The notes beneath the pieces are model-generated. The model was not told where the DNA came from. It did not search any database and worked only from the letters and a program-made list of their open reading frames with translations. DNA of 64,000 nucleotides, taken from the NCBI GenBank assembly GCA_001179505.1, contig CDMY01000384.1, forward strand, positions 26,468 to 90,467, written 5' to 3'. Of this stretch, positions 10,001 to 22,395 are shown piece after piece. The stretch comes from Vitrella brassicaformis CCMP3155 (lineage: Eukaryota; Protista; Chromerida). The translations under genes were made by a program, and so were the position numbers. Position 1 is the stretch's first letter. Every line of letters begins with the position of its first letter.

Positions 10001-12745
10001 GGGGTGGCAGGTGACCTTCAGCCCTTTTGTCTCGTTGCGGGCCTTGACCGCGTTACTGCACTCCTTCACGTGCAGCGGGGCGCTCCCTCCCCCACCGCCC
10101 GCATGCTGTGGAGGGTACGGAATCGGGACACACACACACACACACATTGTCGCATGCACGCGTACGGATGACGGACCCGCCGTGTGTTTCGCGCTCTTGC
10201 GATGCTTCTGCTTTCTGTTGTGTGCGAAGTCCGAACCGCCAGCGTCCTGCATACATGTGCACATACATACAGCCTGCCTCCCTGCCCTCCTGTAGGTTCT
10301 CGCAACTCACCTCGGGTGTCTTCTTGCGCTTCTGAGGAGTCACATCTACACGACAAACACGAACGTGAACAGCGTGCCCGCCAGAGAGACGTTCGCCCAT
10401 TTGCACGCATACCTGCAGGGGGCATGGGGTGGTCTGCCCCTTCCTGCACCGCGGCGCGGCCTCCCTCTCCCTCTTCGCCTGCAGAAAACAAGACGCAGAC
10501 AAAGCCGTATGAGGTCTGTCTGTCATCTGTCTGTGTGTCTGTCTGTCTGTCCGTCCGTGTGCCTACCTGTGTGGTGCTCGCCATTCGCTGCGCCCCGCAT
10601 GTCCTCGGCTGCCGCAGTGGGGGCCGTGGTGTCGTCACGGTGAGGGGTGTCGTGGCTGTGCTGCTGGAGTAGCGCAGCCAGGTTGCCTGCACCCCCCACA
10701 TTCTCTCTATGTGTGGCGATCATGGCCCGCCCGCTGCCTCTCGGCATACCTGGGCCAACAGCGCCCGTCGACGCGGCCGCACCCGAGCCACCCACAGCAG
10801 AACCACTACCACTACCTGCAAAAGAACAAAATGCACACAGGCGTTTGGGGGGCGCGTCTGGCTGTTTCCTTACTCATTCAACCACTTACCGTCCAACTGT
10901 TCCTTCTTGCGCTTTCTGCCCCCGCCCTTTCCCTCCCTCTCCCGCTGCTCTTTCTCTGCCCCCCTCGTGGCCGCCGGCTTGCTGATCCTCTTCTTGGCTG
11001 CCGCTACTGGCGAGTACTGCTCCGGCGCACCGGCAGACCCTTGGCGGGGGGGCAATCCCCCCGTGGGCTTGTACTCTGCCTGTTGGGTCGTCTTGCCTAT
11101 GGCGACCTGCCAGCCGGGGTGGTTGTCAAGGGCGTCGCGCGACGTCCTCAGCGCCCGCAGCCCCTCCAGCAGCTCCTCACACTGCCACTGCGCTGACGAC
11201 GGGTCGCGGACGGCGGGCGCGTACAGGTACTCGGCCTTGCCGTCGGTGAGGGTGCTGATCTGCACCCGCACGACCATCGTGAGGGCGAATGCCGTCGGGC
11301 GGCAGGTGAAGTGCAGCCCCTTCAGCTCTGGACGGGCATTCAGTGCCTTGGTCAGTGCGGCATGGCAGTCGCTCTCAGGTCGCGGTGCCCCTCCTGTACC
11401 ACCGGCCTTCGCAGCGGCCTGAACGACAAACAGGCGTGGAAGCGTGGACGCGTGATGTGTCGCGGCGGCAACTCCCTCCTGTCCATGCACACCTTCGGGG
11501 GGCGTGCCTTGGGAGGTCGGTCGCTCTCATTGTCCTGCAGAAGACACAACACAAACTCACGAATGGACGGCACATTAACTTCTTCCTTCTCTGAGTGCGG
11601 CGCCCACTTGGGTGGCACTGTCGCATTGATTGACGGTCGTCACCCGCTTGGCGAGCGGAGCTTCCCCATCCACCTTGCACACATCACGACACCCACAAGT
11701 ACAGGGGTCAGTTTCCTCCTGCTGTGCGTTTTCGCAACTCACCTCAGACGCCTGCTTGCGCTTCTGGGGGACTTCACCAGCAGCAGCACCTACACGCCAT
11801 CAAATGAAACGTGAACAATGTCCCAGCCAGGGAGACGTTCGCCGATTTGCATACCTGCAGGCGGCATGTGGTGGTCTGTCCCTCCCTGCGCCACGACACC
11901 ACTCCCCTCCTGGCTCTGGACTGCAGCACACGCAGACGAAGTCAGCAGCCGATGAGAAAGAGATGGTCATGTGGCTGGCTACCTGTGTGGTGCTCGACAC
12001 TCGCTGCGTCCACCATGCCCTCGTCTGTCGCAGTAGGTGTCGCGACCGTGTGCTGCTGTGCCTGCTGCTGCTGCTGTGCCGGCTGCTGGAGTGTGTGCGG
12101 CAGTTGGGATGGGGGGATGGTGATGAGGTGCATGTGTGGTGGCAGAAGTGGGGTGGGTGTGGGAACGGGAGGGGCGTCCTGCTGCTGTGTATTGGGTGCG
12201 GGTCGGTGAGGGGGGGCAGGTGGCCACGTGGCGTCGGGGGGTGTGGTCGACATCGTCACGAAAACGACAGTGTCTCGACGGAGAGACTGGTGAGGGTGAG
12301 GAAGAGCCGCTCAATAGCCGAAAATAGCCACTACCTGACGACACGCACACACAAGACAGACAGACACAACGACCAATGCACCAGAACAAACGCAAACCCT
12401 CCCTCCCTCCCTCCCTCTGTGCAATGGGACGCGCACACACACGGCGCATTCGATTGTGATACCTTTGCCGTGCCGAGCCCCGAGCTGATCGTGGCCGAAG
12501 GCAGCCCTGGTGTGGCACCTAGTGTGCTCCTCTGTACGCCTGCTGGCGCCGCCTCAACGCTCTCCTGCCCGCTCAGAGATGCCACCGAGTCGACTCGCCG
12601 GAGAGCGCGAGGCGCAGAGGTTGTGCTGCCGGTGGACGGCAGCACCGAATAAGCTCCTCTTTCTGCCCGTCGCTGCCGCGGAACGCCGCAGCAGGACCGT
12701 CACCAGGAGGTTTGGATCTTGGCGCAAATCGAGGAGATCCTGCAC
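7069..12745 (-). CDS. Large low-complexity hypothetical protein with an internally duplicated ~85-aa domain and a possible C-terminal SAM-like domain (spliced; spans the gap; start uncertain; could be two genes)
   Basis: Paralogous exons read LKGLHFTCRP..RDPSSAQWQCEELLEGLRALRTS (~11140-11380) and TKGLKVTCHP..RDPSSGQWRFDKLLEGLRALTTS (~9830-10060). Pro/Gln/His-rich linkers lie between them. The 3' exons read LSHADVLALLEQ..QEGVTGASLALM..QEVCAIKIWLLKK, then a final exon ending at 7069. Confidence 0.55.
9419..9718. other. Assembly gap (300 N) flanked by poly-C
   Basis: Run of n characters. Confidence 0.99.
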
Positions 12746-12920
12746 GTATCCCGTCCACTAGGGCTGGGCGACTCACCCGTGCCGCTGCATCGTTGCCAGG
12801 CAGCCAACACAGGAAGGGCGGAGAATTTGAGCTCGCAACTTCCTCCCTGCCTAGGGTGTTCCCTGAAACCGCTCTAAAAAGAGTTGTGGTGTGCCTTGCG
12901 ATGAGAGAGAGCATGTGGTG

Positions 12921-13328
12921 ATGGCGTTGTTTTGCCCTACGTGCGCCAACATCTTGTTGGTTGACCAGCAGCACCTGGGCAGCAACCTGCGGTTCTACTG
13001 CCGCAGCTGCCCCTACGTCTTCAGGATAACCGAGAAGGTCACGCGCAAGACAACCTTCGAGCAAAGGAAACGCGACGAGGTCTTCGGCAAGGAAATGTGG
13101 GACGGCGCACCGAGGACACAAGGTACGCAAATGGCAGATGACATGCCCGCGTCCCGCCTCTGATCTGCTCTGTGTTATGTCTGTGTGTGTTTGATGCGGT
13201 CAGTTGTGTGTCCGGGTTGCGGCCACCGTGAGGCGTTCTTCAAGCAGATGCAGATCAGGTCGGGTGACGAGCCCATGACGAGCTTCTACAGATGCTGCTC
13301 GTGCGAGAAACACTGGAGGGAAGACTAG
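12921..13328 (+). CDS. RPC11: RNA polymerase III subunit C11 (RPC11/RPC10/POLR3K), 2 exons (12921-13122, 13204-13328)
   Basis: MALFCPTCANILLV..FYCRSCPYVF (N-terminal Zn ribbon) plus VVCPGCGHREAFFKQMQIRSGDEPMTSFYRCCSCEKHWRED* (TFIIS-like ribbon). A phase-1 GT-AG intron joins them in frame. Confidence 0.95.
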
Positions 13329-13452
13329 ACTGACTGGTGGCTCTGTGTGGATGACGTGTGTACAGTACTCATGTGACAGCAAAGCAGAGAGTGTGACGGA
13401 CCGGCAAGGCACTTCTGTGAATACATCCATTCATTCATTAGTTCATCGATTG

Positions 13453-14624
13453 TCATTGACACACGAGCACGCTCTCGACTTGGTGTCCCATGAGCAGCTG
13501 CATGATCTCGACCTCACTCCGCTCACGATGCGTACAGAACGACAACACCTGCATCACATCCATTCATCCCGCAGGTCCATCCATTCATTCTCCGCTCACT
13601 CACCTGTTGGCTGCGGTAAGTGACATAAATCTCGCCGGGCGATGCGGACGGTGTCCTCTCAGAGGCACAGACAGGCTGAGCTCTGGTGCGCTTCGCCCTG
13701 CAGTCCATCCACGTGAGAGACAGACGACAGACTGACTGACTGACTGACTGAGACACCCACTCCCCCGCCTCCGGGCTGCGTACCTCCGATGGCAGCAGCA
13801 GAGCAGTGCTGCCGTCGCGACGACCGCACAGAGAGTGACCACCCACCCAACCTGACATCGATGGGTACTCACACGCGAAGCGTTGTGTGGTTACTCCCTC
13901 ACCAGTGTGTTGTTCTTGTCGCCTCTCTGCACGATGGCTGGTGGCGCTGGCAGCACATTGCCGGTCGACATTGATGCGGGCGAGGCCGCCACACACTCAT
14001 CCTCGCCGGTTCCCATAACGGTGAGGAGCGCCTCGCACACTGATTCCTTGGGCGGGTTGGCGGCAGCGGCATTGGCGCGAGAAATGAGGCCGTGGAAGAG
14101 CCGCCACGACGCGACCAGGCTGATAGTGTGTGTGTTGGTGTGGGTGGTGTGTGGGTCGATGACAAGGCTGACGGACAACACACCACCAACACCTGCACAA
14201 ACACGACACAAGACAAGACAATCAATGAAGCTAAGCACACACAGACACACGGTGATGGTGTCTCGTCTCGCTCACCTCGTTGAGTGTGTGTCGGCAGTGC
14301 CATGAGAGTCACTCTGTGCTGGTGCTTGACGGCCACCACCACACCACCCCGCCGACTCACCAGCAGGTCGGCCTGCCCAATGCTGTTTGTTCCCTCTCGG
14401 CCAAACGCCCTCACCATCATCGCTTCACGACACTGTGGTGGTCCTCGTGTGTGCGTGGCGCACACACACAGCCGCGGGGTGTCATCGGGCGGTGGATGCT
14501 GTAAGTGTGGTGCCGATATGGTCAGGCGGACGAGCTGATGTTCCGACCGCTCATTCACCACCACCAAACGCGACATAACCGACCGCAATAACGACAGCAG
14601 TAAGGGCAGGAAAAGCAGCAGCAT
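13453..14624 (-). CDS. Hypothetical type-I membrane protein, paralog A (signal peptide, ectodomain, TM helix, short tail; about 5 exons)
   Basis: MLLLFLPLLLSLLRSVMSRLVVVNERSEHQLVRL... then the TM exon VGWVVTLCAVVATAALLCCCHRR, then the last exon VLSFCTHRERSEVEIMQLLMGHQVESVLVCQ*. A closely similar copy lies at 49273-50269 on the + strand. Confidence 0.65.
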
Positions 14625-14812
14625 CTTTTTCACACGGACTTGACGAGAGGCGGCATTCCAGTTCACTCACACGGAAAAAGTCATATCATGCGTATTGCGA
14701 TGCGATAGGTCAAGGGAATGTACACACACATACATAATCGCGATGTATGTCGATACAACCAACGTCAGTCAGTCACGATCAGCTCCGGATGCACCCGCCA
14801 GCCATCGTATCA

Positions 14813-15570
14813 TCATCCCCTTCCCCTGCCTCCGAAGCCCTTCATCTCGCCCCTCCCTGCACACCACACGCATTACACGCATCACAGGTTACCATGCACA
14901 TGTCTACTGTTACCTCTGCCGGCAGGCGCGCCTCGGCCCCTTCCCCGACCACGGCCCTTCGCCGCCTGGCGAGCTGAGAGCATTGACAACACACACACAC
15001 ACACACACATGCGCACACACACATATGGTGATGGATGACAAATGCATGGTTTGCCTGAGTGTCACCTTCTTTCTTTTGTTCCTCCTTGACCATATCGATG
15101 ACCTCGTCGGGCAGCCTCAAGTACTTGATGTTGTTGCCGCGGATGTTGACCTCGGCGATCTTCCAGAAACGATCTCCATCCTGCACACACAGTCACACGA
15201 CAAGGAGAGAGAAAGAGAGGCGGCATCATCACGCCGACTGTCCACGTGCATCTGTGCACGTGTCAGTCAGCTCACCCGTGAAGTGCATATGACGTCCCTC
15301 ATCTGCAGGTTCATGAATGTGTCGCAGTTGGCGAGCACGCCGCTGTAGGTCTCGCCGTTCTTCAGCTCAACCATCTGAAACGAACGCAGAGAGCAGAGAA
15401 CCCGAAACGCCATTGTCTGCTTTCCTTGCCGTCTTTTCATCTCTCTCTGGCCGCACCATTGGTTGATTCTGAGCTGTCCTCAGCAGATTTAATGGAAGCT
15501 GATGGGAGAGAGATCACACACATCATCGAACGTCGCCGAATTCGATTCTTTCTCTTGCACTTACCACCAT
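14813..15570 (-). CDS. LSM4: U6 snRNA-associated Sm-like protein LSm4
   Basis: Spliced MV|[14 protein letters not shown]|[33 protein letters not shown]|[38 protein letters not shown], plus an RG-rich tail [25 protein letters not shown]. Confidence 0.95.
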
Positions 15571-15702
15571 TGTGCTCTTCTGGACAAGGCAACGCTGCCA
15601 ACGACTTGATCTGTGGCAGATCAGCAGTCACGACGATCGGATTTGAGCTCGCAAATGGTAGCTACGATCGGCGTGGCGTTAGTTTGAGAGCATATCGCGA
15701 GG

Positions 15703-17912
15703 ATGTCCCGTTCGCGAAGTCGCAGCGCCGACCGTCGGGAGCGCCGTGACGAGAGGGGCGATGACCGAAGCCGTGAGCGTGAGCGAGAGCGTGAGCGTGA
15801 CAGAGACCGCCATGATGACCGCGACGAGCCTCGCGACGAGCGTCACGGCAGGCGGCGAGGCCGATACGATGACGACAATGGGGAGAAACCTGACATCATG
15901 GTGAGAGATGGCCCGCATGCAGCAGTTAGCAGAAGGGAATGGCGTGCTTGATTCTGTGTGTGGATGTTGCAGGAGGTGAGCGAGAGTGATGCGGCCTTCC
16001 TGCTCGGCCGCAAGGGTGCGACCAAGGAGAAGATTGCCCGGGTGGCCGAGGCCGTCCTCGACCTCGACGAGAAAGGTGAGCGAGCCAACGAAGAACGTCT
16101 GATGCCTCCCACATTGACATCGTGGCTGGCTGGCACCCAGATCTGATATTGGAGGTTCGTGGGAGGCCTGAGGCTCGCGAGAAGGCCAAGCTGTACGCCA
16201 AAGTGGTGATGGCTCAGAGGGTGGGGCCGGTGTCCATTGACTTCGACGAGAAGGACCGTGACGACCTCTCACTGGTCCCTGTGCCGGCTGACTGTGTGGG
16301 ATACGTCACTGGTGAGCGACGTAGTAGACAGAGAGGGAGCGAGCAAAGCTGTATGGTGTGTGTGCTATGCGTGCAATAATCAGGCAAGAAGGGCACGGTG
16401 TTGCGTTCTATAGAGGAGGAGTGGACCACCATCATGTTCTTCGTCGAGAATGCCAAGGGGCGCAAACTCAAAAGCGAGATCCAGGAGCACCTCGCCATCT
16501 TCGGAGCTGAGTGAGGCAGCCATCTCGTTCACAGTCGAGCGTCGATGACGAATCCATGTGTGTGCGTGTGTGCGTGTGTGTGTCAGGCGCAATCGTCGTG
16601 GTGCTGAGCTCAAAATCATGAGCGCAGTGGAGGGCAAGTCCAAGGGGTTCTACACAAAAGGTATGTGCCTGGCAGCCAACCACATCAATGTCTTGAGCTC
16701 CCCGCCTCCCCTTGTGCGTGTGTGCATCGGCAGCGGTGACTGACTACTTCGACCCCCGTGACATGTTCTCGACTGACTACTATCGCATCCCCGAGGAGGA
16801 CTTCTCATACGCACTGGGCTCCCAGGGCACCACGCGACGCAAACTCGCCATCGCATCGGGAGCCGTCATGGAGTACGTCGGTCGCATCGCATTCATGTCC
16901 GGTAAGCAGACACCCATGAATGCATCACTGGGGGGGGGGAAGGGGCGGGAAAGCGTCACAAACGTGCTCGTGCTGTCGGCGTGTTCAGGCACGTTGGCTC
17001 AGCGGAAGCGTGTGTATGAGTACCTCCGGTGGCTGTGCGATCAGCGTGTCAAGAGCGTCACAGTCGACACCGACGGCAGGTGCGTTGACCAATAAGCGTA
17101 CTGAGCATGCACACCGGATGACGGACGTGTACGCGTGTGTCTTTCAGGGACGATGTGACGGTGCTGCACATCCCGTATGAGTATGTGGGTCTGGTCACCG
17201 GCTCCAAGGGACGCACTCTCAGGCAGGTGGAGGAAGACACGAGGACATTCTGCTTCGTCGAAGGCCTCAAGTAACCAACACACACACACACACACACACA
17301 CAAGCCGTTGATTCCACATCACACACCTCGCTTCATCTGTCTGTCTGTGTGTCAGCCGTGAGAGTCGTGGTGAGGGCACTGGTGAGCGTCTGCTGATCTT
17401 CGCCGAGAACCCCAGGTCACGGGAGCGGGCCAAGGAGATCATCCTGCGACGCATCGACGACCACAAGAGCGGACGCCTCTACCGGTATGTCTGCGGCTTC
17501 GCAGGCTGCACGCCAGACCATGCACCGTACAGTCGATATGTGTGTCGCTCAGTGGTGGTGGTCATGATTCCCGCGACTACGGCGATGAGTCCTATCGGTA
17601 TCGGTGGTGGGACTACGACAGCCGCAACAGCAGGGGCTACTACGACCGCGACAGGCCGGAGCGCTACGACGACTATGACAGGGGCAGGGACGACCGATAC
17701 CGAGACAGGTGCGGAGGGAGGGAGAGAGTGAGGGAGAGAGGGAGGGAGGGAGAGAAAGGGCACATGGATAAAATTGATGGACTGTATGTATGTGTGCGTG
17801 TCTGTGGCTTGCGTTGGTTGTCAGGTACTATGACGACCGTCGAGACCGCTACGACGACCGACATGACGACAGGCGGGATCGCCACTATCGCGATGACGAC
17901 CACTATGGGTAA
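15703..17912 (+). CDS. Multi-KH-domain RNA-binding protein with RS/RD-rich N- and C-termini
   Basis: KH GxxG loops in FLLGRKGATKEKI, YVTG|KKGTVLRSIEEE, YALGSQGTTRRKL and LVTGSKGRTLRQVEEDT. Starts MSRSRSRSADRRERRDER and ends YDDRRDRYDDRHDDRRDRHYRDDDHYG*. Confidence 0.88.
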
Positions 17913-18237
17913 GGCGGCCATCGAATGCGATACTGGCTATTTAGTGGCGGGCGGGCGGGCGATGAATGGATGGATGGATGGACATGAAGCTGAGCTGGGT
18001 GGCGATGCCGTACAGACAGTGCAGCTGAACCATCTCGTCACGCTGACTTTCGTGCCTGTCTGACGCCGGTGGCTGGTGTGACTGAGAATGATGATGATGT
18101 TCTTGTGCTTGATGATGATGGCAATGCAGTCGAGGGCCCCCGGGGGCGGGTGAGCTGCATGCACGTCTTTTCCGTTGTCTATGTGTGTGTGCCGCCCGCG
18201 ACTTCATTTCTGACCCTTCATTTCACGAATGTTCATC

Positions 18238-18270
<33 letters not shown>

Positions 18271-19137
18271 TGGGTGTGTGTCTGTGTGTGTGTTAGGTCT
18301 GACGCTCGCAACGGCCGACGATGATAGGTACACACAAAGGAATCAGCACACACGCAACGAAACGCAGAACGGCATTCAAGTGTCCTCTCTGCTCGACGGG
18401 TCCGTGACAGACAGGCGAATGGGCGGCCGCTGACCGACCGAGGGATGGGTGTTGTGTGTGCTGCGCTGAGGTGCTGTTCGGTGATTGATGTAGAGGCTTG
18501 CCGAGAGACCGTGTGGAGGGTAGACAGACGCGTGTGTGCGTGTGCCTTTATTGGGCCGACTGACTGTGAGTGAAAGAGTGTGCCTTTTGCCGTCCGTGTG
18601 TTCGGTCACTCCCCGTGTTCACCACCGCCCACAGACCGACAAATGCAGTGGTACGTGTGCCCGTATACGCACGCACCCCTGCATTCGTTGTGTGTGGTGA
18701 TGGAAACGGTGAAGGACGGCACGTGGACTGAGCAGCCAGACGCTTTAGTATACACACATAACTTACTGGTTGAGGTGAGTTTTTGTCTTGGCGACTTCGA
18801 CCCCACTCGTGCATTGCATATCACTGAATGTGTGCATGTGTGATGGATCCCACCCACCCACCCGACAAGGCATCGCACACGCGTACACTCCGACCGACGC
18901 TATATAGCTCTCTATAGACACAAAGGAAGGAAAAGTGCGCCATCGGTGCGCCTGTCTTGCCACACGCTAGTACTGTGTGATGGGATCAAAGTGGCGCACA
19001 GCACAGCAGTCGCACACCAACTGCCAGTCCCCTCTACACACGCACACCTCCCAGCCTCTGGCCGCCATCAGCTCAGTGCATCGTTCGCTGGCCACTCTCT
19101 ATCTACCGATCTAGCTGCTCTACACGCTCCCATCCTA

Positions 19138-20090
19138 TCAGTGTGTGTCTCCTCCTGCCGGGGCGGCAGATGCTGCTGCGGCGGCGGCGGCCGGGGCGCT
19201 GCTGCTGCTGGCGCCTTCCTGGTCCACGTCCATGTCGGCGGGGCCGCCCTCCTCCTTCTTGACCTTGCCGTCGCCGCTCTTGGCGCCCCAATACCTGCGT
19301 TCAGCACAAACGCAACATGAGGCGTGTCTTGTCGGTTGGTTGGGCGGGTGTGTGATGGTTGTGGGGCTGACTTGCAGCTCTCGGTGTAGAAGGCGTTGGG
19401 GTGGTTGCCCACGCCGTCAGCTGCACTCATCACAAGACGCACACAGATGGAGAGGAACATAACTTCTGTGTGTGTCGGCTGTGGCGCGAGTAGGTAACCT
19501 TACCTGCTGAGTCGGGGTGGGTGGCCCTGAAGTACTCCACACACCCCAGCTGAGCGACCCGACCACAAAGAGAACCACGACGTCAGTGGATGGATGGACG
19601 TTGAGCTCCCGCCCACCTGACCTGGTAGTGGTGTCCCTTGACGAGGTCCAGGATCTTCTTGGTGGATCCGTCTGCATTTATGTGTGGGGGACAGACAGAC
19701 AGACGCGCAGACACCCGCCCAGAAGTGGAAGGACGCAGGGCAGGGCTGTGTGGCGCTCTTTGGTTGTGCCTCTTACCTGGCACGTTGTAACGCCTCATGA
19801 GCTGGCTCAGAGGGCCGGGGTCGAAATGCTTGAACGGACAACCTGCGCAACGCAACACAGACAACCAACCGACCAACCGACCACACACAGGCAAATCACA
19901 GGACTGGCTGCTGGCTGCACTGTCGTTCCCAGCTCGTGGCTGGTTCTTGTCTGTCGGTGACTGACCGTGGTAGTCTCCCGGGCCAGGGTTGGGTGGTGCG
20001 TCGCCGCTCATGAGTTTGGCGCAGCCGTAGGGGGGCTTGCTCTTCATGTGACCGACCTTGCCGTAGATGTGCTTGATGTGGTAAGCATGC

Positions 20091-20140
<50 letters not shown>

Positions 20141-22255
20141 TCTACCCATCCCTGTCGGCGTGGTGACGTGCTTACTCCTTGTCAAACGCCGTGGCCTTGA
20201 GCGTCATGTTCTGCTTGAAGTAGGAGAGTTCCTCCTCCATCGACATGCCCGCGCCCTTGAGGAACAGCCAGATCTGCAGACGGCCCCAGTGCTTCAAGTG
20301 ACGCTCGCTCCTGACACACACACACACGCCCGACAACGTGTGTGTGTGTGTGTGTGTGTGTTCGTTGCTGTGGTGATGGATCGTGGTTCCCACCTGAGCC
20401 CCTCCATCAGGCGGCGCATGCACGGCGGAAACGAACGCGGCACGACCTGATGATAGACACAACCACAACCACAACCACAATATGCCTAATGGACTGACTG
20501 CATGTGTCTGGCCGCTTCCCCCTCCCTCCCTCCCTCCCTCCCCAAGGCACCGCACCTTGTCGATGTTGTGTGGCGTGAGTCGCTCCACGTGCTGCTCCTC
20601 AGGGCTGAAGGCTGACGGGTCCGGACCTGCACACGCCAGCAGCATCGGCCAGCTCAGCTGGTCGCAGTGTGGTGGTGGTGGTGGTGCGTCTCTCTCCCAC
20701 CCACCCACCCCACCCCACCGCCCATTGCCTGCCTGCCTACCTAGGTATATGTTCTTGAGGTTCTTGACGAACGAGCCGAAACGGGGGTCGTTGTGCACCT
20801 CCTGACCCACCCACACATCCTCACATGGACCGACAAGCTGCGGTTGGGTCGGCTGATGGGTGTGGTGTGTGCGTACGTACCACGATGTGGCGCGAGTTCT
20901 GCAGGCACTTGAGCTGAGCCAGCAGGAACTGTCTGAACGGACAGACACCGACGAAGGACTTAGAGGATGCCAGTGGGGTGGTAGTGGTCACCGAACCAAC
21001 CACCCACCTGTATCTGTTGGCAATGATGGTCTTGAGGTCCTCCTCGGCCACAAACGCTACACCACCTGATCGGTCAAGAGCCACAGCAATCGGCAGGGGC
21101 AGTGACGTTGTTTCCTTCCTGGCTCACGCACGTCGTAAGACGACTTTCCGCCGCGCAACGAGTGATGCAGCGGCCTCCCACGGCACCTGACGTCCGTCAG
21201 CCGCATGTTATGCACACGCAGGTGTGGCTGTCCGAAGCATGCACTGTCAGCCTCTGCTTACCTGATAGAAGCGCTGGTCTTTTTTGCCGGGCGAAACATC
21301 GTAGATGTCGAGCCGCAGCCCGTCAGGGATGTCATTCCACTCCATCTGAGACCACGGTGGTGCACAAGACGCACAAAGAGTGTGTATGCGTATGTGTATG
21401 TGTAGAGGTGTGTGTACTGACCGAGTGGTATCTGATGCCCTCTCTGAGGAGGAAGTTGGCCGTCACGGCAGAGCTGCTACCTGGCACACCACACCACAAC
21501 ACACACACACCCACACCCACACCGACACACACGATACACATACCCCAATCACACCAGGTCTATGTGTGGCGACCCTGGCCTCTCTCTGCCCACCTAGTTT
21601 GGCCTTGAGCATGTGCACCTCCTGCGAAACAAACCAGTTCTGCTTCTCGCTACTCTCGCAAAACCTGACAGACAATGGCACACAACACCAACACCCACAT
21701 AGCGTGTTGGCGGACTGTGTGCGGCTGGCTCCCCCCCTCCCGTTCTTACGCCAGTCTGAGTGTGAAGTGGGAGTGCTCGTCGCACTCCTTGGCCCGCTCT
21801 GTTGACAATGGTCCGTTAGGGTCCTCGACGGCCAGGCCATGTTCGTAGAGCGATTTCATGACTTTGTCCTCCCGCTGCCGCACCATCTGGCCGTAGTTGC
21901 TCATGTCGGCATCGTCGCTGGCGTCCAGGTCTGTGGCGTCCAGGCTGTAGATGCGCTCGATGTCCTTCAACACTGACAGATGTGAGATGCATCAGATCAA
22001 CACGACACACACGGGAGATCCATCCATCCATCCATCCATCTGCTCTGCGTGTGGAGTGTGTGTTGTATGTGTATGTGTGTGTGTACCTTTGAGTCTGGCT
22101 ATGGCATAGTCCTTGAAGTCCCTCACGGGCAGGGTGATGTCGGGGAACTCGCGATACAGGCTGATGAACACTCCCTTCCGCACAGGAGGCGGCGCTGGCT
22201 GTGCAGCGCTGCCAGCAGCGGCTGCAGCCGATGCTTTCCCCCTATTCGCCTGCAT
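19138..22255 (-). CDS. PRIM2: DNA primase large subunit (Fe-S domain)
   Basis: HLKHWGRLQIWLFLKGAGMSMEEELSYF, AYHIKHIYGKVGHMKSKPPYGCAKL, PGPGDYHG|CPFKHFD, ILDLVKGHHYQ|..EYF and NHPNAFYTES match the PriL/p58 C-terminal motifs. Confidence 0.92.
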
Positions 22256-22308
22256 CCCCTCTAGACCGTCAGCACATAGGGTTCAGGGTTCAGGATTCCA
22301 ACCCCGGG

Positions 22309-22395
22309 GGAAGATGCGCGTGCAGGTCTTGCATCTGACCGAACAGACGGCGGCCGTCTGTTCGGTCATGTGCAAGACCTGCAGGCGTGTCTTCC
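22309..22395 (+). other. Near-perfect palindrome/hairpin just upstream of PRIM2
   Basis: Arms 22309-22351 and 22353-22395 are 43 nt each: 38 Watson-Crick pairs, 3 G-U pairs and 2 mismatches by manual pairing. Confidence 0.85.

Noticed and set aside
8955-10264. Long ORFs spanning 9419-9718
   Set aside because: Their length is inflated by the 300-N gap (X residues).
22279-22293. GGGTTCAGGGTTCAGG telomere-like repeat
   Set aside because: Only two units, which is compatible with chance.
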